A stretch of 64,000 nt of DNA from sequence record NZ_CP139428.1. One strand, given 5' to 3'. Below are positions 17,648-27,884 of this stretch, piece by piece. Both the position numbers and the translations under genes were made by a program. The stretch comes from a plasmid. The notes below the pieces were generated by a model that was given only the letters and a program-made list of their open reading frames with translations, did no database searches and was not told where the DNA came from. Numbering within the stretch: position 1 is the stretch's first letter; each line of letters begins with the position of its first letter.

Positions 17648-18365
17648 ACGTCGCTATGCGCTGATGGTTGTCGCTCTGATGGCCTGCTTCGGCGCCCAGG
17701 CCGGCACGGTGGATGCGCCGGTCACTATCCCACTGCAGAACGGCAGTCAGGCGCATGTTTCACTTAGCAACAGCGAACCCAACCTGTTCAACGTCCCCGG
17801 CGATCGCGTGACGTTCGTCAGCGGCGTGGATGAAAGCCTGGTGAATTATGAGCCGGCGGCCAACGGGGGGCTGGTGCTGAGTACGCTCAATAAAAAACCG
17901 TTCAGTTTTGTGATCGAAACCGAGCGGGGTATGAACTATTCCATTCGCGCCGTACCGCGTGCCGGTGTCGGCCGCACGTTCTCACTGGTGGGGGAGAGCC
18001 AGGGCGTTTCTGTGGCTGCCAAAGGCTGGGAAGAGGGTCAGCCCTACGAGTCCATGCTGGTCTCGCTCAACAAGTCATTGATGGAGGGCCGGTTGCCGGC
18101 CGGCTATGGGCAGATGCCGGTCACGCGGGAAGCGCTGGCCGCACCTTACGGTTTGCGGGCGCAGGCGCAGCAGGTCTGGACAGGGCATCACCTGAAGGTG
18201 GTTCGCTTTGAGGTCAGCAATCCCGGCAGTGCCAGCCAGTGGGTCAACGAACACGACTTCTGGCAACGGGGTGTGCGGGCGGTGATGTTCGATACGCCTA
18301 CCCGGCAGATTATCGGCGGCGGTCGCATGAGCGTGTGGATCACCTTGTCCGAGGGAGGCCGCTGA
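17637..18365 (+). CDS. traK: TraK (secretin-like)
   Basis: NKKPFSFVIETERGMNYSIRAVPR ... WTGHHLKVVRFEV matches F TraK. Confidence 0.9.
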   Translation: MKTKRRYALMVVALMACFGAQAGTVDAPVTIPLQNGSQAHVSLSNSEPNLFNVPGDRVTFVSGVDESLVNYEPAANGGLVLSTLNKKPFSFVIETERGMNYSIRAVPRAGVGRTFSLVGESQGVSVAAKGWEEGQPYESMLVSLNKSLMEGRLPAGYGQMPVTREALAAPYGLRAQAQQVWTGHHLKVVRFEVSNPGSASQWVNEHDFWQRGVRAVMFDTPTRQIIGGGRMSVWITLSEGGR

Positions 18366-19759
18366 TGGCGAACATCAATGTGCTGGTCAAGCGCAAGCAA
18401 TATCTCTGGCTGGGCGCGGTCGCGCTGGCGGTCGCCGCGGCCATCGGCGGCGGTTACTACTTCTCGCAGGATGCGGAGCTGGAGACACAGCAACTTGCCG
18501 AACCGGCTCCCGACCTGACCGGGGTGGTCGACAATACCTTTGACGATCGCGTGCAGCAGCATGCCATCACCCAGACGCAGGCCGCGCAGGCCGAGATCAA
18601 CAAGCAATTTACCGCCCTGCGTCAGGAAATCGACCTGCTGAATAAATCGCGTCTGGAAGATCAGAAGCGCATGCAGGTGCTGGAAGACGAAAACAACAAG
18701 CTTAAACAGTTTGGCGGACCGGGGGCGCAAACAACACCAGGGAACCCGGCCCCCGGTTCCGCCGCCTCCTTACCACCGCTGGTTAACGGCGTGACGCCCG
18801 AAGGCGAACCAATGCCAACACAGTTCCCGCCGGCACCGGGCGGCGCGGTTCCGCCGCCGACGGCGTTCTATCCGGGCAAGGGCGTTACACCGCCACCGAG
18901 CGTTGACTACAAGCCTATCCCGGTGCCCGGCCGTCTCTATCGCAAGTCACTGGTGCCGGCGGAGACCGGCCCCAGGAAAAAGAAGTACCCCTATATCCCA
19001 ACCGGCAGCTTTGCCAAGTCCATCCTGATTGAGGGGGCGGATGCCAACGCCTCGGTAACCGGGAACACGGCCACGGTGCCGATGCAGGTGCGGTTGACCG
19101 GCCGGATCGAGATGCCGAACAGCAAGACCTATGACGCCACCGGCTGTTTTATCAGCATGGAAGCCTACGGTGACGTCTCCAGCGAACGCGCCATCGTGCG
19201 CACCCGCAAAATCAGCTGCATTCGCGGTGACGACATTATCGATCAGGACATCGACGGCCACGTTTCCTTTATGGGCAAGAACGGCGTCAAGGGCGAGGTG
19301 GTGATGCGCAACGGCAAGATCCTCGGCTTTGCCTGGGGCGCCGGGTTCCTTGACGGGTTGGGCGAGGGTGCCGGCCGGGCGGCGCAGCCGACCGTTGGTC
19401 TTGGGGCAACGGCCAGCATGGGCGCCGGCGATATTGCCAAATCGGCCATCGGCGGGGGGGCCAGTAAAGCCGCTTCAACGCTCAGCGACTATTACATCAA
19501 GCGGGCTGAGCAGTATCACCCGGTGATTCCGATCGGCGCCGGTAACGAAGTCACGGTGGTGTTCCAGGAGGGCTTCCAGATGAAAACCATCGAGGAAGTG
19601 GCGGCGGAAAAAGAGAGCCGTCAGCAGGGGCAGACCGAAGGGAGCGACCAGCCTAAATCCGGGCAAAGCCTGAACGGGTTCAACACCGATCAGATGCTGA
19701 ACCACCTCGGCAAGCTTGATCCGGCTCAGTTCGGAATCGGTAAAGGGAGTGGCCAGTGA
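18365..19759 (+). CDS. traB: TraB
   Basis: Starts MANINVLVKRKQYLWLG (F: MASINTIVKRKQYLWLG). The start ATG overlaps the traK stop. The provided ORF begins upstream at 18239. Confidence 0.9.
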   Translation: MANINVLVKRKQYLWLGAVALAVAAAIGGGYYFSQDAELETQQLAEPAPDLTGVVDNTFDDRVQQHAITQTQAAQAEINKQFTALRQEIDLLNKSRLEDQKRMQVLEDENNKLKQFGGPGAQTTPGNPAPGSAASLPPLVNGVTPEGEPMPTQFPPAPGGAVPPPTAFYPGKGVTPPPSVDYKPIPVPGRLYRKSLVPAETGPRKKKYPYIPTGSFAKSILIEGADANASVTGNTATVPMQVRLTGRIEMPNSKTYDATGCFISMEAYGDVSSERAIVRTRKISCIRGDDIIDQDIDGHVSFMGKNGVKGEVVMRNGKILGFAWGAGFLDGLGEGAGRAAQPTVGLGATASMGAGDIAKSAIGGGASKAASTLSDYYIKRAEQYHPVIPIGAGNEVTVVFQEGFQMKTIEEVAAEKESRQQGQTEGSDQPKSGQSLNGFNTDQMLNHLGKLDPAQFGIGKGSGQ

Positions 19760-20355
19760 TGGACATTAAAGAGCAGAAGTCCACGTTGAAGGCGTTATTG
19801 CATCTGTCAGAAGTTTATTCGCGGTTTGGAAACATTCCACATTTCAGCGTCGTGGGCTGGTTGGTGATGGGGGCTGTCATCGCGGTGGTGGAGTGGTTTT
19901 GGTTTTCATTGGGCGGTGGGTTGCTCTCTGGGACGCTGATATTTGCTCTGATTTTAATTGTGCATTGGGAGCTTACCCGGTTCACCCGCTCCTCTGTCTT
20001 GCAGGAAATATCGCGGTTGTTGGCGCGTTATCCAGCCCGGCTGCAATACGAATACCAGTCTTTACTCCGGGATATTGGCGCAGGGACGCCAGAACTTCCA
20101 GCGGCGATAAGCGGCTTTCACGACAGAGTCCTTATCCAAATATGGGGCTGTAAGTTAAGAGACTGGGCTTGTGAGGAATATGCCCTTCTGGGACATGGAT
20201 GCACGCAGAACTCACATGACGCTGTGGGGCAGTCAAATGAGGCTCATGCCGATGCCGCCCGCTTCTTGAGAATACCCACCACAAGGTGGTGGCGTTCCGC
20301 AAACCCGGCTCCGTTCAACAGGAAGATGAAGATAAGGAGACAGACCGATGAATAA
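19756..20355 (+). CDS. traP: TraP-position membrane protein
   Basis: Position after traB and hydrophobic segments. Assignment by synteny only. Confidence 0.45.
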   Translation: MMDIKEQKSTLKALLHLSEVYSRFGNIPHFSVVGWLVMGAVIAVVEWFWFSLGGGLLSGTLIFALILIVHWELTRFTRSSVLQEISRLLARYPARLQYEYQSLLRDIGAGTPELPAAISGFHDRVLIQIWGCKLRDWACEEYALLGHGCTQNSHDAVGQSNEAHADAARFLRIPTTRWWRSANPAPFNRKMKIRRQTDE

Positions 20356-20566
20356 CAACGACAAACCCACTATCTGGTATTTCGATGACTTTCCCTTCAT
20401 GGGTGTCGCTTCTGCAGAAATCGGGAACCGTGTCGTCTGCGGCCGAACCGGTGCGGGGAAAACGACGCTGATGCAGTCCATCGTGGATAAATACAGCGCG
20501 GATGCCGTGCGGCAGGGCATTTCTATTGCACCGACACCGCCTTCTGAGGATGAGGCCAAATCATGA
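20348..20566 (+). CDS. trbD: TrbD-position small protein with a GAGKT P-loop-like motif
   Basis: Synteny and size of about 72 aa. Confidence 0.45.
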   Translation: MNNNDKPTIWYFDDFPFMGVASAEIGNRVVCGRTGAGKTTLMQSIVDKYSADAVRQGISIAPTPPSEDEAKS

Positions 20567-20949
20567 CTGAACGAAAAATGACGGGGCTATATGTCTTTTT
20601 ATTGCTGACCTGGTGGGGCGGCTGGCTTGCGCTCGATATGTGGCGCATTGAGCACCTGCTGACAGATGCCGACAAGTGGGCCGGTTTTCGGCGTGACATT
20701 CTCTGGTGTGCGGGGTCGGCGGCGCTCTCTTTATTTTTCTTAATGACGGGTACCAACAAAAAATCATCTGCTTACGCACTGTCGGTATGCCTGGCACTGA
20801 TAGTGCCCATCTCGGTCGCAATCGTTGCCGGGAGTTCTTTCATTCACTGGGAATTTGATGTCCCGATGTTCTTGATGATGCATACGTGCGCCGGATGGGT
20901 AATGACCCTCGTTGTACCGTTAATGACTTTTTTCTCGGCCAGGTTTTAA
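20563..20949 (+). CDS. Hypothetical membrane protein at the trbG position
   Basis: Three or four hydrophobic helices. No F counterpart of this size. Confidence 0.35.
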   Translation: MTERKMTGLYVFLLLTWWGGWLALDMWRIEHLLTDADKWAGFRRDILWCAGSAALSLFFLMTGTNKKSSAYALSVCLALIVPISVAIVAGSSFIHWEFDVPMFLMMHTCAGWVMTLVVPLMTFFSARF

Positions 20950-20958
20950 GGAGACTTT

Positions 20959-21513
20959 ATGAAAACGCACATCATGAAATCACTGCTTTTACTCCCCGCC
21001 TTGGGTGGCGTGCTGCTGCTGGCCGGTTGTGCCGGCGTTAGCAGCGAGTTCGGCTGTAACGCCACCACCTCCGACAGCTGCATGACGATGGAGCAGGCTA
21101 ACGAGAAAGCCAAGTCGCTGGAAGAGGGCAGCGAAGCAAAGCCGGCTGCGGCCGCATTGCCTCGCCTGGCTGACGGCGACTTTGCGGCAGTGGGGCGAGA
21201 TACCGGCCCCGTCCCTGTCTCAGCCGGCAGCACTTCCCGTTTGTTGCCTCGTCAGGGGGCCGCATCCCCGGCGCCGGCAGTGCCGGCGTCTCCGACGATT
21301 GCGGCGCCGTCCGCCATCGTGACGACCGTCAGTACCTGCACGTTGCCGCGCTGTGCCGGTGTCGGCAGCACCCGACCGGCCCGCCAGGCTGAGCAGACCG
21401 CGCAGCTGTGGATCGCGCCCTGGATTGACAGTCAGGACGTCTATCACCAGCCGGGCAAGGTACTGTTCGTGGTTAAACCCGCCGTCTGGGGCAAGCCCCA
21501 GTCCGTCTATTAA
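20959..21513 (+). CDS. traV: TraV lipoprotein
   Basis: Lipobox LLAGC and EFGCNATTSDSCMTMEQANEKAK matching F TraV. Confidence 0.85.
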   Translation: MKTHIMKSLLLLPALGGVLLLAGCAGVSSEFGCNATTSDSCMTMEQANEKAKSLEEGSEAKPAAAALPRLADGDFAAVGRDTGPVPVSAGSTSRLLPRQGAASPAPAVPASPTIAAPSAIVTTVSTCTLPRCAGVGSTRPARQAEQTAQLWIAPWIDSQDVYHQPGKVLFVVKPAVWGKPQSVY

Positions 21514-21523
21514 GGAGAGTGTA

Positions 21524-21847
21524 ATGCAGGGAATATGTGCTGTACCGGTTGAGCGCGACGCGCAGGGATTCTGGACCCATCCGGCGATGCTGCAGGCAAA
21601 CCTTGAGACATCGGCAGAGATGACCTATTGGCTGCGGTCGCGCGGCCTGGAGTGCTGGGTGATGTTTATGCGGGATGAAGACCCTGAGGCCTTTCTTGCG
21701 GGGTTTGATGAGGACTGTCCGGATGCCCGTGGCTGGAACCCTTCGCCGCCGCCGGGGGAGTGCTGGTTCATCGGCTCCATTTATGACAACGAGGACGGGC
21801 CTATGTGCTTGTGGTTTAGGGCGGCCACTCGCGAGGTTGACGCATGA
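21524..21847 (+). CDS. Hypothetical protein between traV and traC, where F has TraR. No zinc-finger motif seen.
   Basis: ORF with RBS AAGGAG before the ATG at 21524. Confidence 0.4.
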   Translation: MQGICAVPVERDAQGFWTHPAMLQANLETSAEMTYWLRSRGLECWVMFMRDEDPEAFLAGFDEDCPDARGWNPSPPPGECWFIGSIYDNEDGPMCLWFRAATREVDA

Positions 21848-24474
21848 ATCTGATCGATAAAGTCACCCATACTGCCAACAGCCTGCTGTCGGCGCTGAAA
21901 ATGCCGGATGAAGCTGCCGCCGCCAACAAGGTGTTGGGTGACATGAACTTTCCCCAGCTGAGCAGCGTGCTGCCCTACCGCGACTACGACGAAGAGAGCG
22001 GGCTGTTCATCAATGCCGGCTCCATCGGCTTTGTGCTGGAAGCGCTGCCGTTGGCCGGCGCCAACGAGCAGGTGGTTCTGACGCTCGAAAGTCTGCTGCG
22101 CACCAAGTTACCGCGCGGGATCGCGTTGTCCGTTCACCTGATGGCCAGCAAGCGCGTCGGCGATCTGGTGGAGTCTGGCCTGCGTGACTTCTCCTGGTCG
22201 GGCAAGGACGCGGACAAATTCAACGCCATCACGCGGGCCTTCTACCTGATGGCGGCAGAAGGTCGCTTTTCCCTGCCGCCGGGCGTCGATATGCCGCTGA
22301 CGCTGCGTAACTATCGCGTATTCATCTCCTACTGCGTCAAGAGCAAGCGCCGCAACAAGGCGCTCATCACCGAGCTGGAGAACCTGGTCAAGGTGCTGCG
22401 TGCGTCGCTGATGGGGGCGAAAATTCCGACAGAGTCGCTTAATGACGAAGACTTTATCAACGTCGTGGGCGAAATCATCAACCACGATCCGAGCCAGCTG
22501 TACAACAAACGTCGCAAACTCGACCCGCTCAAAGACCTGAATTTCCAGTGCATCGACAACGGGTTTGGCATGGACGTCTATCCCGACTGCGTCAAAATCA
22601 ACCTGCGTGATGCCGGCAGCAAGAAAGGCAGCGTGGCGCGGGTGATGAATTTCCAGCTCGAGCAGAACCCGGAGATGGCCTTCCTGTGGAACACCGCCGA
22701 CAACTACGGCAACCTGCTGTACCCCGAGCTGTCGATCGCCACGCCGTTCATTATTACGCTGACGCTGGTCGTTGAAGAGCAGACCAAGACCTCTTTCGAG
22801 GCGAACCGCAAGTACATCGATCTGGAGAAAAAATCCCGTACCTCCTACGCCAAATTCTTCCCCGGCACGCTGGAGGAGATGAAGGAATGGGGCGATCTGC
22901 GCCAGAGTCTGGCGTCCAACCAGACGGCGATCGTTTCCTTCTTCTATAACGTGACGGTGTTTTGCGAAGACAACGACAGCGTGGCGCTGCGCTGCGAGCA
23001 GGACGTCATCAACAGCTACCGCAAGAACGGTTTCGACCTGATATCGCCGCGCTTCAAGCAACACTGGAACTTCCTGGCCTGCCTGCCATTTATGGCCGAG
23101 CACGGCGTCTTCCAGGATTTGGCGATGCATGGCGCGGTGCATCGTGCCAAGACCCTGAATGTGGTCAACCTGATGCCGATCGTCGCCGACAACCGTTTGG
23201 CGCCGTCCGGTCTGCTGGCACCCACCTACCGCAACCAGCTGGCGTTTATCGACATCTACTCCGAAGTGATGCGCAACACCAACTACAACATGGCGGTATG
23301 TGGGACCTCTGGCGCGGGTAAAACCGGTCTTATTCAGCCGATGCTGCGCAGCGTGCTGGATACCGGTGGCGCCGCCTGGGTGTTCGACATGGGCGATGGT
23401 TACAAGAGCCTGTGCGAAAACATGGGCGGGGTTTACATCGACGCCCAGACGCTGAAGTTCAACCCGTTCGCCAACGTGAAGGACATCAACCTGTCGGCGA
23501 CGCAGATCGCCAACCTGATTTCGGTGATGGCCAGCCCCGATGGCAACCTGGACGAAGTTCATGAGAGCCTGCTGGAGATGGCGGTCAAGGCAGCCTGGTT
23601 GAGCAAGCAAAAGAATGCCCGTATCGATGATGTACGTGACTTTCTGCGCGACGCAATGGATGAGGAGGTCTATCGCGATTCGCCGACCATCCGCAACCGC
23701 CTGCATGAAATGACCATCCTGCTGGATAAATACTGCTCCGACGGCACCTATGGTGAGTTCTTCAACTCCGACGAACCGTCGCTGCGCGATGACGTCAACA
23801 TGGTGGTGCTGGAGATGGGCGGCCTTAAAAACCGCCCTGACCTGCTGGTTGCGGTGATGTTCTCGCTGATGATCTACATCGAGGGACGGATGTACCAGAC
23901 ATCGCGTCAGAGCAAGAAGCTGTGCGTTATCGACGAAGGCTGGAAGCTGCTCAACTTCAAGAATGCCAAGGCGGGCGAGTTTATCGAAGAGGGTTACCGT
24001 ACCGCGCGCCGTCACCGCGGGGCGTACATCACCATTACCCAGAACATCAAGGACTTTGACTCGGACACCGCCAGCTCGGCCGCGAAAGCCGCCTGGGGGA
24101 ACTCCTCCTACAAGATCATCCTGATGCAGGACGCCTCCGAGTTCAAAACCTATCTGCAGAAAAACCCGGACAACTTCACCCAGCTGCAGCAGGACATGAT
24201 CGGGAAGTTCGAATCGGCCAAAGACCAGTGGTTCAGCTCCTTCATGCTGATGGTCTCCGGCAAGGTCAGCTGGCACCGCCTGTTTGTCGATCCGCTGAGC
24301 CGCGCCATGTACTCCTCCCAGGGCCAGGACTTCGAGTTCATGCAGGCCCGGCGCGAACAGGGGGTATCGGTGCATGACGCCGTGTATGAGCTGGCGCACC
24401 GCAACTTTGGCGAGGAGATGGCGCGTATCGAGCGCTGGGTGGAAGAAAACTACACAGGGAGGGCGGCCGCATGA
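21844..24474 (+). CDS. traC: TraC, VirB4-family conjugative ATPase
   Basis: NMAVCGTSGAGKTGLIQP Walker A and near-identity along its length to F TraC, 876 aa. Confidence 0.95.
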   Translation: MNLIDKVTHTANSLLSALKMPDEAAAANKVLGDMNFPQLSSVLPYRDYDEESGLFINAGSIGFVLEALPLAGANEQVVLTLESLLRTKLPRGIALSVHLMASKRVGDLVESGLRDFSWSGKDADKFNAITRAFYLMAAEGRFSLPPGVDMPLTLRNYRVFISYCVKSKRRNKALITELENLVKVLRASLMGAKIPTESLNDEDFINVVGEIINHDPSQLYNKRRKLDPLKDLNFQCIDNGFGMDVYPDCVKINLRDAGSKKGSVARVMNFQLEQNPEMAFLWNTADNYGNLLYPELSIATPFIITLTLVVEEQTKTSFEANRKYIDLEKKSRTSYAKFFPGTLEEMKEWGDLRQSLASNQTAIVSFFYNVTVFCEDNDSVALRCEQDVINSYRKNGFDLISPRFKQHWNFLACLPFMAEHGVFQDLAMHGAVHRAKTLNVVNLMPIVADNRLAPSGLLAPTYRNQLAFIDIYSEVMRNTNYNMAVCGTSGAGKTGLIQPMLRSVLDTGGAAWVFDMGDGYKSLCENMGGVYIDAQTLKFNPFANVKDINLSATQIANLISVMASPDGNLDEVHESLLEMAVKAAWLSKQKNARIDDVRDFLRDAMDEEVYRDSPTIRNRLHEMTILLDKYCSDGTYGEFFNSDEPSLRDDVNMVVLEMGGLKNRPDLLVAVMFSLMIYIEGRMYQTSRQSKKLCVIDEGWKLLNFKNAKAGEFIEEGYRTARRHRGAYITITQNIKDFDSDTASSAAKAAWGNSSYKIILMQDASEFKTYLQKNPDNFTQLQQDMIGKFESAKDQWFSSFMLMVSGKVSWHRLFVDPLSRAMYSSQGQDFEFMQARREQGVSVHDAVYELAHRNFGEEMARIERWVEENYTGRAAA

Positions 24475-24890
24475 CACTGCCTGCCATTATCACGCCGCCA
24501 AACAGCCCGGCACAGAAACGCGCCATTGTGCTGTGGGGTACGGTCTGCGTGCTGATTGCCGTCCTGCTCAGTGTGGGGGCCACGCTGTGGCTGCTGCATC
24601 GTCAGCCGGCGATCGTCACCTTCGACATGAAACAGACCATGGAGGCGTTCTACGAGAGCGCCGCCAAACAATCCCTGCCGCCGGAGCGCAGCAAGCTGCT
24701 GGCCGAACGGTTTACCGGCGCGCTGCAAACCAGCATCACGCAATACCAGCAGCGCAACAACGTGATCATCCTGGTCTCGCCGGCGGTGGTGGGAGGGGCA
24801 AAGGATGTGACGCGCGAGCTGCAGCGGGATATTGCTGCCCGAATGCAGCGAGGCAATACCGTCAGCGTTGATAAGGATAATCAGCCATGA
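24471..24890 (+). CDS. trbI: TrbI
   Basis: Synteny and a single transmembrane segment, about 139 aa. Confidence 0.75.
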   Translation: MTLPAIITPPNSPAQKRAIVLWGTVCVLIAVLLSVGATLWLLHRQPAIVTFDMKQTMEAFYESAAKQSLPPERSKLLAERFTGALQTSITQYQQRNNVIILVSPAVVGGAKDVTRELQRDIAARMQRGNTVSVDKDNQP

Positions 24891-25855
24891 ATCGAAATAC
24901 CCGAGATATTATGAAAAAGCGTCGAACTCGCATAAATACGGTGTTTTTTCTGGCCGCTATTGCTCTATTCCCTGTGACTGCCGCCATTGTTGCCCTTCAA
25001 TTCTTACCGTCGAAGAACAAGCAGCCAGTGGCCGCGACGCCGACGCCCCCCCAGGCTCACAGGGAGGCACCTCGACTGCGTGGCATCGATTATCCACCGA
25101 CGTTACCGTCCGTTAACGCCTTACCCGATCCGAGTCCGGCGTTTACTCCGGCGCAGCAGGAGGCCATCGGCACTCTTGCCCGCGATTACCTGCTGGCGCA
25201 CCCGGACATCCTGCTGCAGATGAGCGAGAAGCTGGAGGCGCAGCAGCAGACCTTGGCCAATCGCACGGTGCAAACCGCGTTGACCACGCAGCTGGAACTG
25301 CAGGCGACGTTATTGCACGATCCGGCGACGCCGGTTGTGCATCCTGACGGCGGCGTGACCGTGGTGCAGTTTTTTGACTATCAGTGCATCTGGTGCGCGC
25401 GTATGGCGCCGGTGGTGGCCGACTTTGTGCGGGACAATCCCGATGTGCGTTTCGTGTTCAAGGAATTCCCCATTTTCGGCAGTCGCTGGCCGATGTCGGT
25501 GCAGGCGGCACGCACCGGCCTGACGCTGTGGCACCTTAAGGGTGGTGACGCCTATCTGGCCTACCACAATGCGGTGTTTGCCTCCGGTGAGAACGAAGGT
25601 CGGTTGTCGCAACCCACGCTTAATGCGGCACTCCTGGCGGCCGGCACCGCGCCGATGACCGTACTGCCCGAGACGGAGAAAACGCTGCTGGCCACACGCG
25701 AGCTGGCCCAGCAGCTGAATATCAGCGGCACCCCCGCCTTTATTGTTATGCCGACCCGTGATGCGCGGGCGGAGCAGGTGACGCCGCTGTACGGCGCCGT
25801 GGATGTGAAGGCGTTGCAGTCTGCGGTCGCACAGGCAAAAGCAGGAGGCCACTGA
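24887..25855 (+). CDS. DsbA/DsbG-like thioredoxin-fold thiol:disulfide interchange protein (CIWC active site)
   Basis: FFDYQCIWCARM CxxC motif in a thioredoxin-like context, with an N-terminal signal/transmembrane segment. Confidence 0.6.
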   Translation: MNRNTRDIMKKRRTRINTVFFLAAIALFPVTAAIVALQFLPSKNKQPVAATPTPPQAHREAPRLRGIDYPPTLPSVNALPDPSPAFTPAQQEAIGTLARDYLLAHPDILLQMSEKLEAQQQTLANRTVQTALTTQLELQATLLHDPATPVVHPDGGVTVVQFFDYQCIWCARMAPVVADFVRDNPDVRFVFKEFPIFGSRWPMSVQAARTGLTLWHLKGGDAYLAYHNAVFASGENEGRLSQPTLNAALLAAGTAPMTVLPETEKTLLATRELAQQLNISGTPAFIVMPTRDARAEQVTPLYGAVDVKALQSAVAQAKAGGH

Positions 25856-26490
25856 TGCGCGTTGTCTGCCTGGTGTTCTCCTTATCACTGCTGCCTTGCA
25901 TGGCGGTGGCCAAAGACTTCGGCACCTGGGGCGACCTGTACCCGGTTACCGAGCCGGACATGCTGCAGACCATTCACGAACGGCTGACCGAATTGCAGCG
26001 CAGCGGCCGTTGGGATGAGGAAATGACGGCGTTCAAAGCGCGCACCGTGAAGCACAGCCAGCGGCCTGAGCCGGTCGCCGGCATCGGAAAAACCGAGCGC
26101 TATGCCGAACGCTTCTTCGACCCGAGCGTGCAGCTCTCTTCTGACCTGAAAGACGACAAGGGGCGCGTGTTTGCTCGCAAGGGCGACGTTATCAACCCGC
26201 TGGCCACAGTGCCGTTCGCGCAGACGCTGTATTTCATCGACGGCGACGATCCGCAGCAGGTTGCCTGGATGAAGGCGCAGCAGCCGGAGACCCTGATGGT
26301 GAAGGTCATTCTGGTCAACGGCGACATTCCCAAGACATCTGCCGCGCTCGACAGCCGTATCTACTTCGATCAGGGCGGGGCGCTGTCGCGGCGGTTCGGG
26401 CTGACGACGGTGCCGGTGCGCATCACGGCGGCGCCGAGCGGCCTGCGGCTGCGTATCGAATCCATTCCTGCCGCCGGCAGCGCGAACTGA
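25855..26490 (+). CDS. traW: TraW
   Basis: DFGTWGDLYPVTEPDML ... FDPSV ... YFIDGDDPQQVAWMK matches F TraW. Confidence 0.9.
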   Translation: MRVVCLVFSLSLLPCMAVAKDFGTWGDLYPVTEPDMLQTIHERLTELQRSGRWDEEMTAFKARTVKHSQRPEPVAGIGKTERYAERFFDPSVQLSSDLKDDKGRVFARKGDVINPLATVPFAQTLYFIDGDDPQQVAWMKAQQPETLMVKVILVNGDIPKTSAALDSRIYFDQGGALSRRFGLTTVPVRITAAPSGLRLRIESIPAAGSAN

Positions 26491-26501
26491 AGGGGACCAG
26501 T

Positions 26502-26879
26502 ATGTTTGTGACACGTAAACGTTTTATTGCGACCGAGAATCAGCTGCAGAGCTGTCGCCAATTGCTGGCCGCGTGCCACGGCGAGTTGATGGCCATCCGC
26601 CAGGCGGCGTCGGCAAAGGGTGGGATCTACAAATGCATTCTCGAGTGCCGTGAGGTCGCCCACGAGCTGCGTGAACAGCTGCCTGCCGATCAGGACGGTC
26701 ACAGCCCTTATTTGTTCGACAAGCTGGCGCTTATCGACAGTCTGCTGAGCACCCTGGCGGCGTTATTACCGCCGCAGGATGAGGCACGTCCCACCGCCCG
26801 GATGGTTGCCGCCGGTGATGTGCAAGAGATTTACCGGGGAACGCAGTGGGCGGCGCATTGCCAGGAGCGTCGCGCATGA
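26502..26879 (+). CDS. Hypothetical protein between traW and traU
   Basis: ORF only. Confidence 0.35.
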   Translation: MFVTRKRFIATENQLQSCRQLLAACHGELMAIRQAASAKGGIYKCILECREVAHELREQLPADQDGHSPYLFDKLALIDSLLSTLAALLPPQDEARPTARMVAAGDVQEIYRGTQWAAHCQERRA

Positions 26880-27874
26880 CCCGGTGCTGGCTCTCGGCAT
26901 TGCTGGTCGTGGCAGGCCTGTTTTCGGCACCGTCTCAGGCGGCGGATGCGGCCTGTCAGGGGCGCTTTGTTAACCCGATCACCGATATCTGCTGGCGCTG
27001 CATCTTCCCGCTTTCGATTGGGAGCATTCCGGTCGGCAAGGGGGATTTGCCGGATACCAGCAATCCGGGCAGCCCTATTCAGTTTTGCCCGGCACCGCCG
27101 CCGATTTTTCAGCGTATCGGGATGGCGATGGGGTACTGGGAGCCGATGGCCATGACTGACGTGACCCGTTCGCCGGGCTGCATGGTCAATCTGGGCGGCT
27201 TTAGTATCAATCTCGGCAAGATTGGCACCGGCACGGGTGGCAGCAGTGGCAAAGGGGACGTGACCACCGCGTTCTATCACGTCCACTGGTACAAGTACCC
27301 GCTGACCTACTGGCTGAACATCATCACGTCAGTGGGCTGCCTGCAGGGTGGCGACCTGGATATTGCCTATCTGTCGGAAATCGACCCGACCTGGGTCGAC
27401 AGCAGCCTGACCACCATTCTCAACCCAGAGGCGGTGGTCTTTGCCAACCCGCTGGCGCAGGGCGCCTGCGCGGCCGACGCCATTGCCAGCGGCTTCCATC
27501 TGCCGCTCGACGCATTGTTCTGGTGCGCCGGCAGTCAGGGGTCGATGTACCCGTTCAACGGCTGGGTCGCGAAGGAAATCAGTCCGCTGCAGTCGTCAGT
27601 TCTGGTCTCGGAAAAGATGGCGTTCAAACTGCACCGTCAGGGGCAAATCATGGAATCCATCGGCAAAGACCGGGCGGTCTGCTTCGAATACCCGTCGCCG
27701 ATCATGCCGAAAGAGCGCTGGCGTTATCAGATGGTGAACATGTACCCGGACAGCGCTCGCTGTCACCCGATGGGGCGCAGCGTGATGCGCTGGGAAGTGG
27801 GCCACAACTCGCCGGCCAGCAAGAAGAACTTCGGCTATGTCATGTGGCGCAAGCGCAACTGCGTCTTTTTATAG
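26876..27874 (+). CDS. traU: TraU
   Basis: CQGRFVNPITDICWRCIFPLSIG ... HVHWYKYPLTYWLNIITS is almost identical to F TraU. Confidence 0.9.
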   Translation: MTRCWLSALLVVAGLFSAPSQAADAACQGRFVNPITDICWRCIFPLSIGSIPVGKGDLPDTSNPGSPIQFCPAPPPIFQRIGMAMGYWEPMAMTDVTRSPGCMVNLGGFSINLGKIGTGTGGSSGKGDVTTAFYHVHWYKYPLTYWLNIITSVGCLQGGDLDIAYLSEIDPTWVDSSLTTILNPEAVVFANPLAQGACAADAIASGFHLPLDALFWCAGSQGSMYPFNGWVAKEISPLQSSVLVSEKMAFKLHRQGQIMESIGKDRAVCFEYPSPIMPKERWRYQMVNMYPDSARCHPMGRSVMRWEVGHNSPASKKNFGYVMWRKRNCVFL

Positions 27875-27884
27875 GGGAACGCCC

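Noticed and set aside
22108-24477. 789-aa minus-strand ORF antisense to traC, and similar long antisense ORFs opposite traN (29841-31046), traG (34854-36551), traI (41629-42672, 43216-44613), repA (47529-48731), tnpA (60331-61113) and umuC (51046-51963)
   Set aside because: Each lies fully inside a gene with strong homology on the other strand. They are compositional artefacts of about 65% GC coding DNA.
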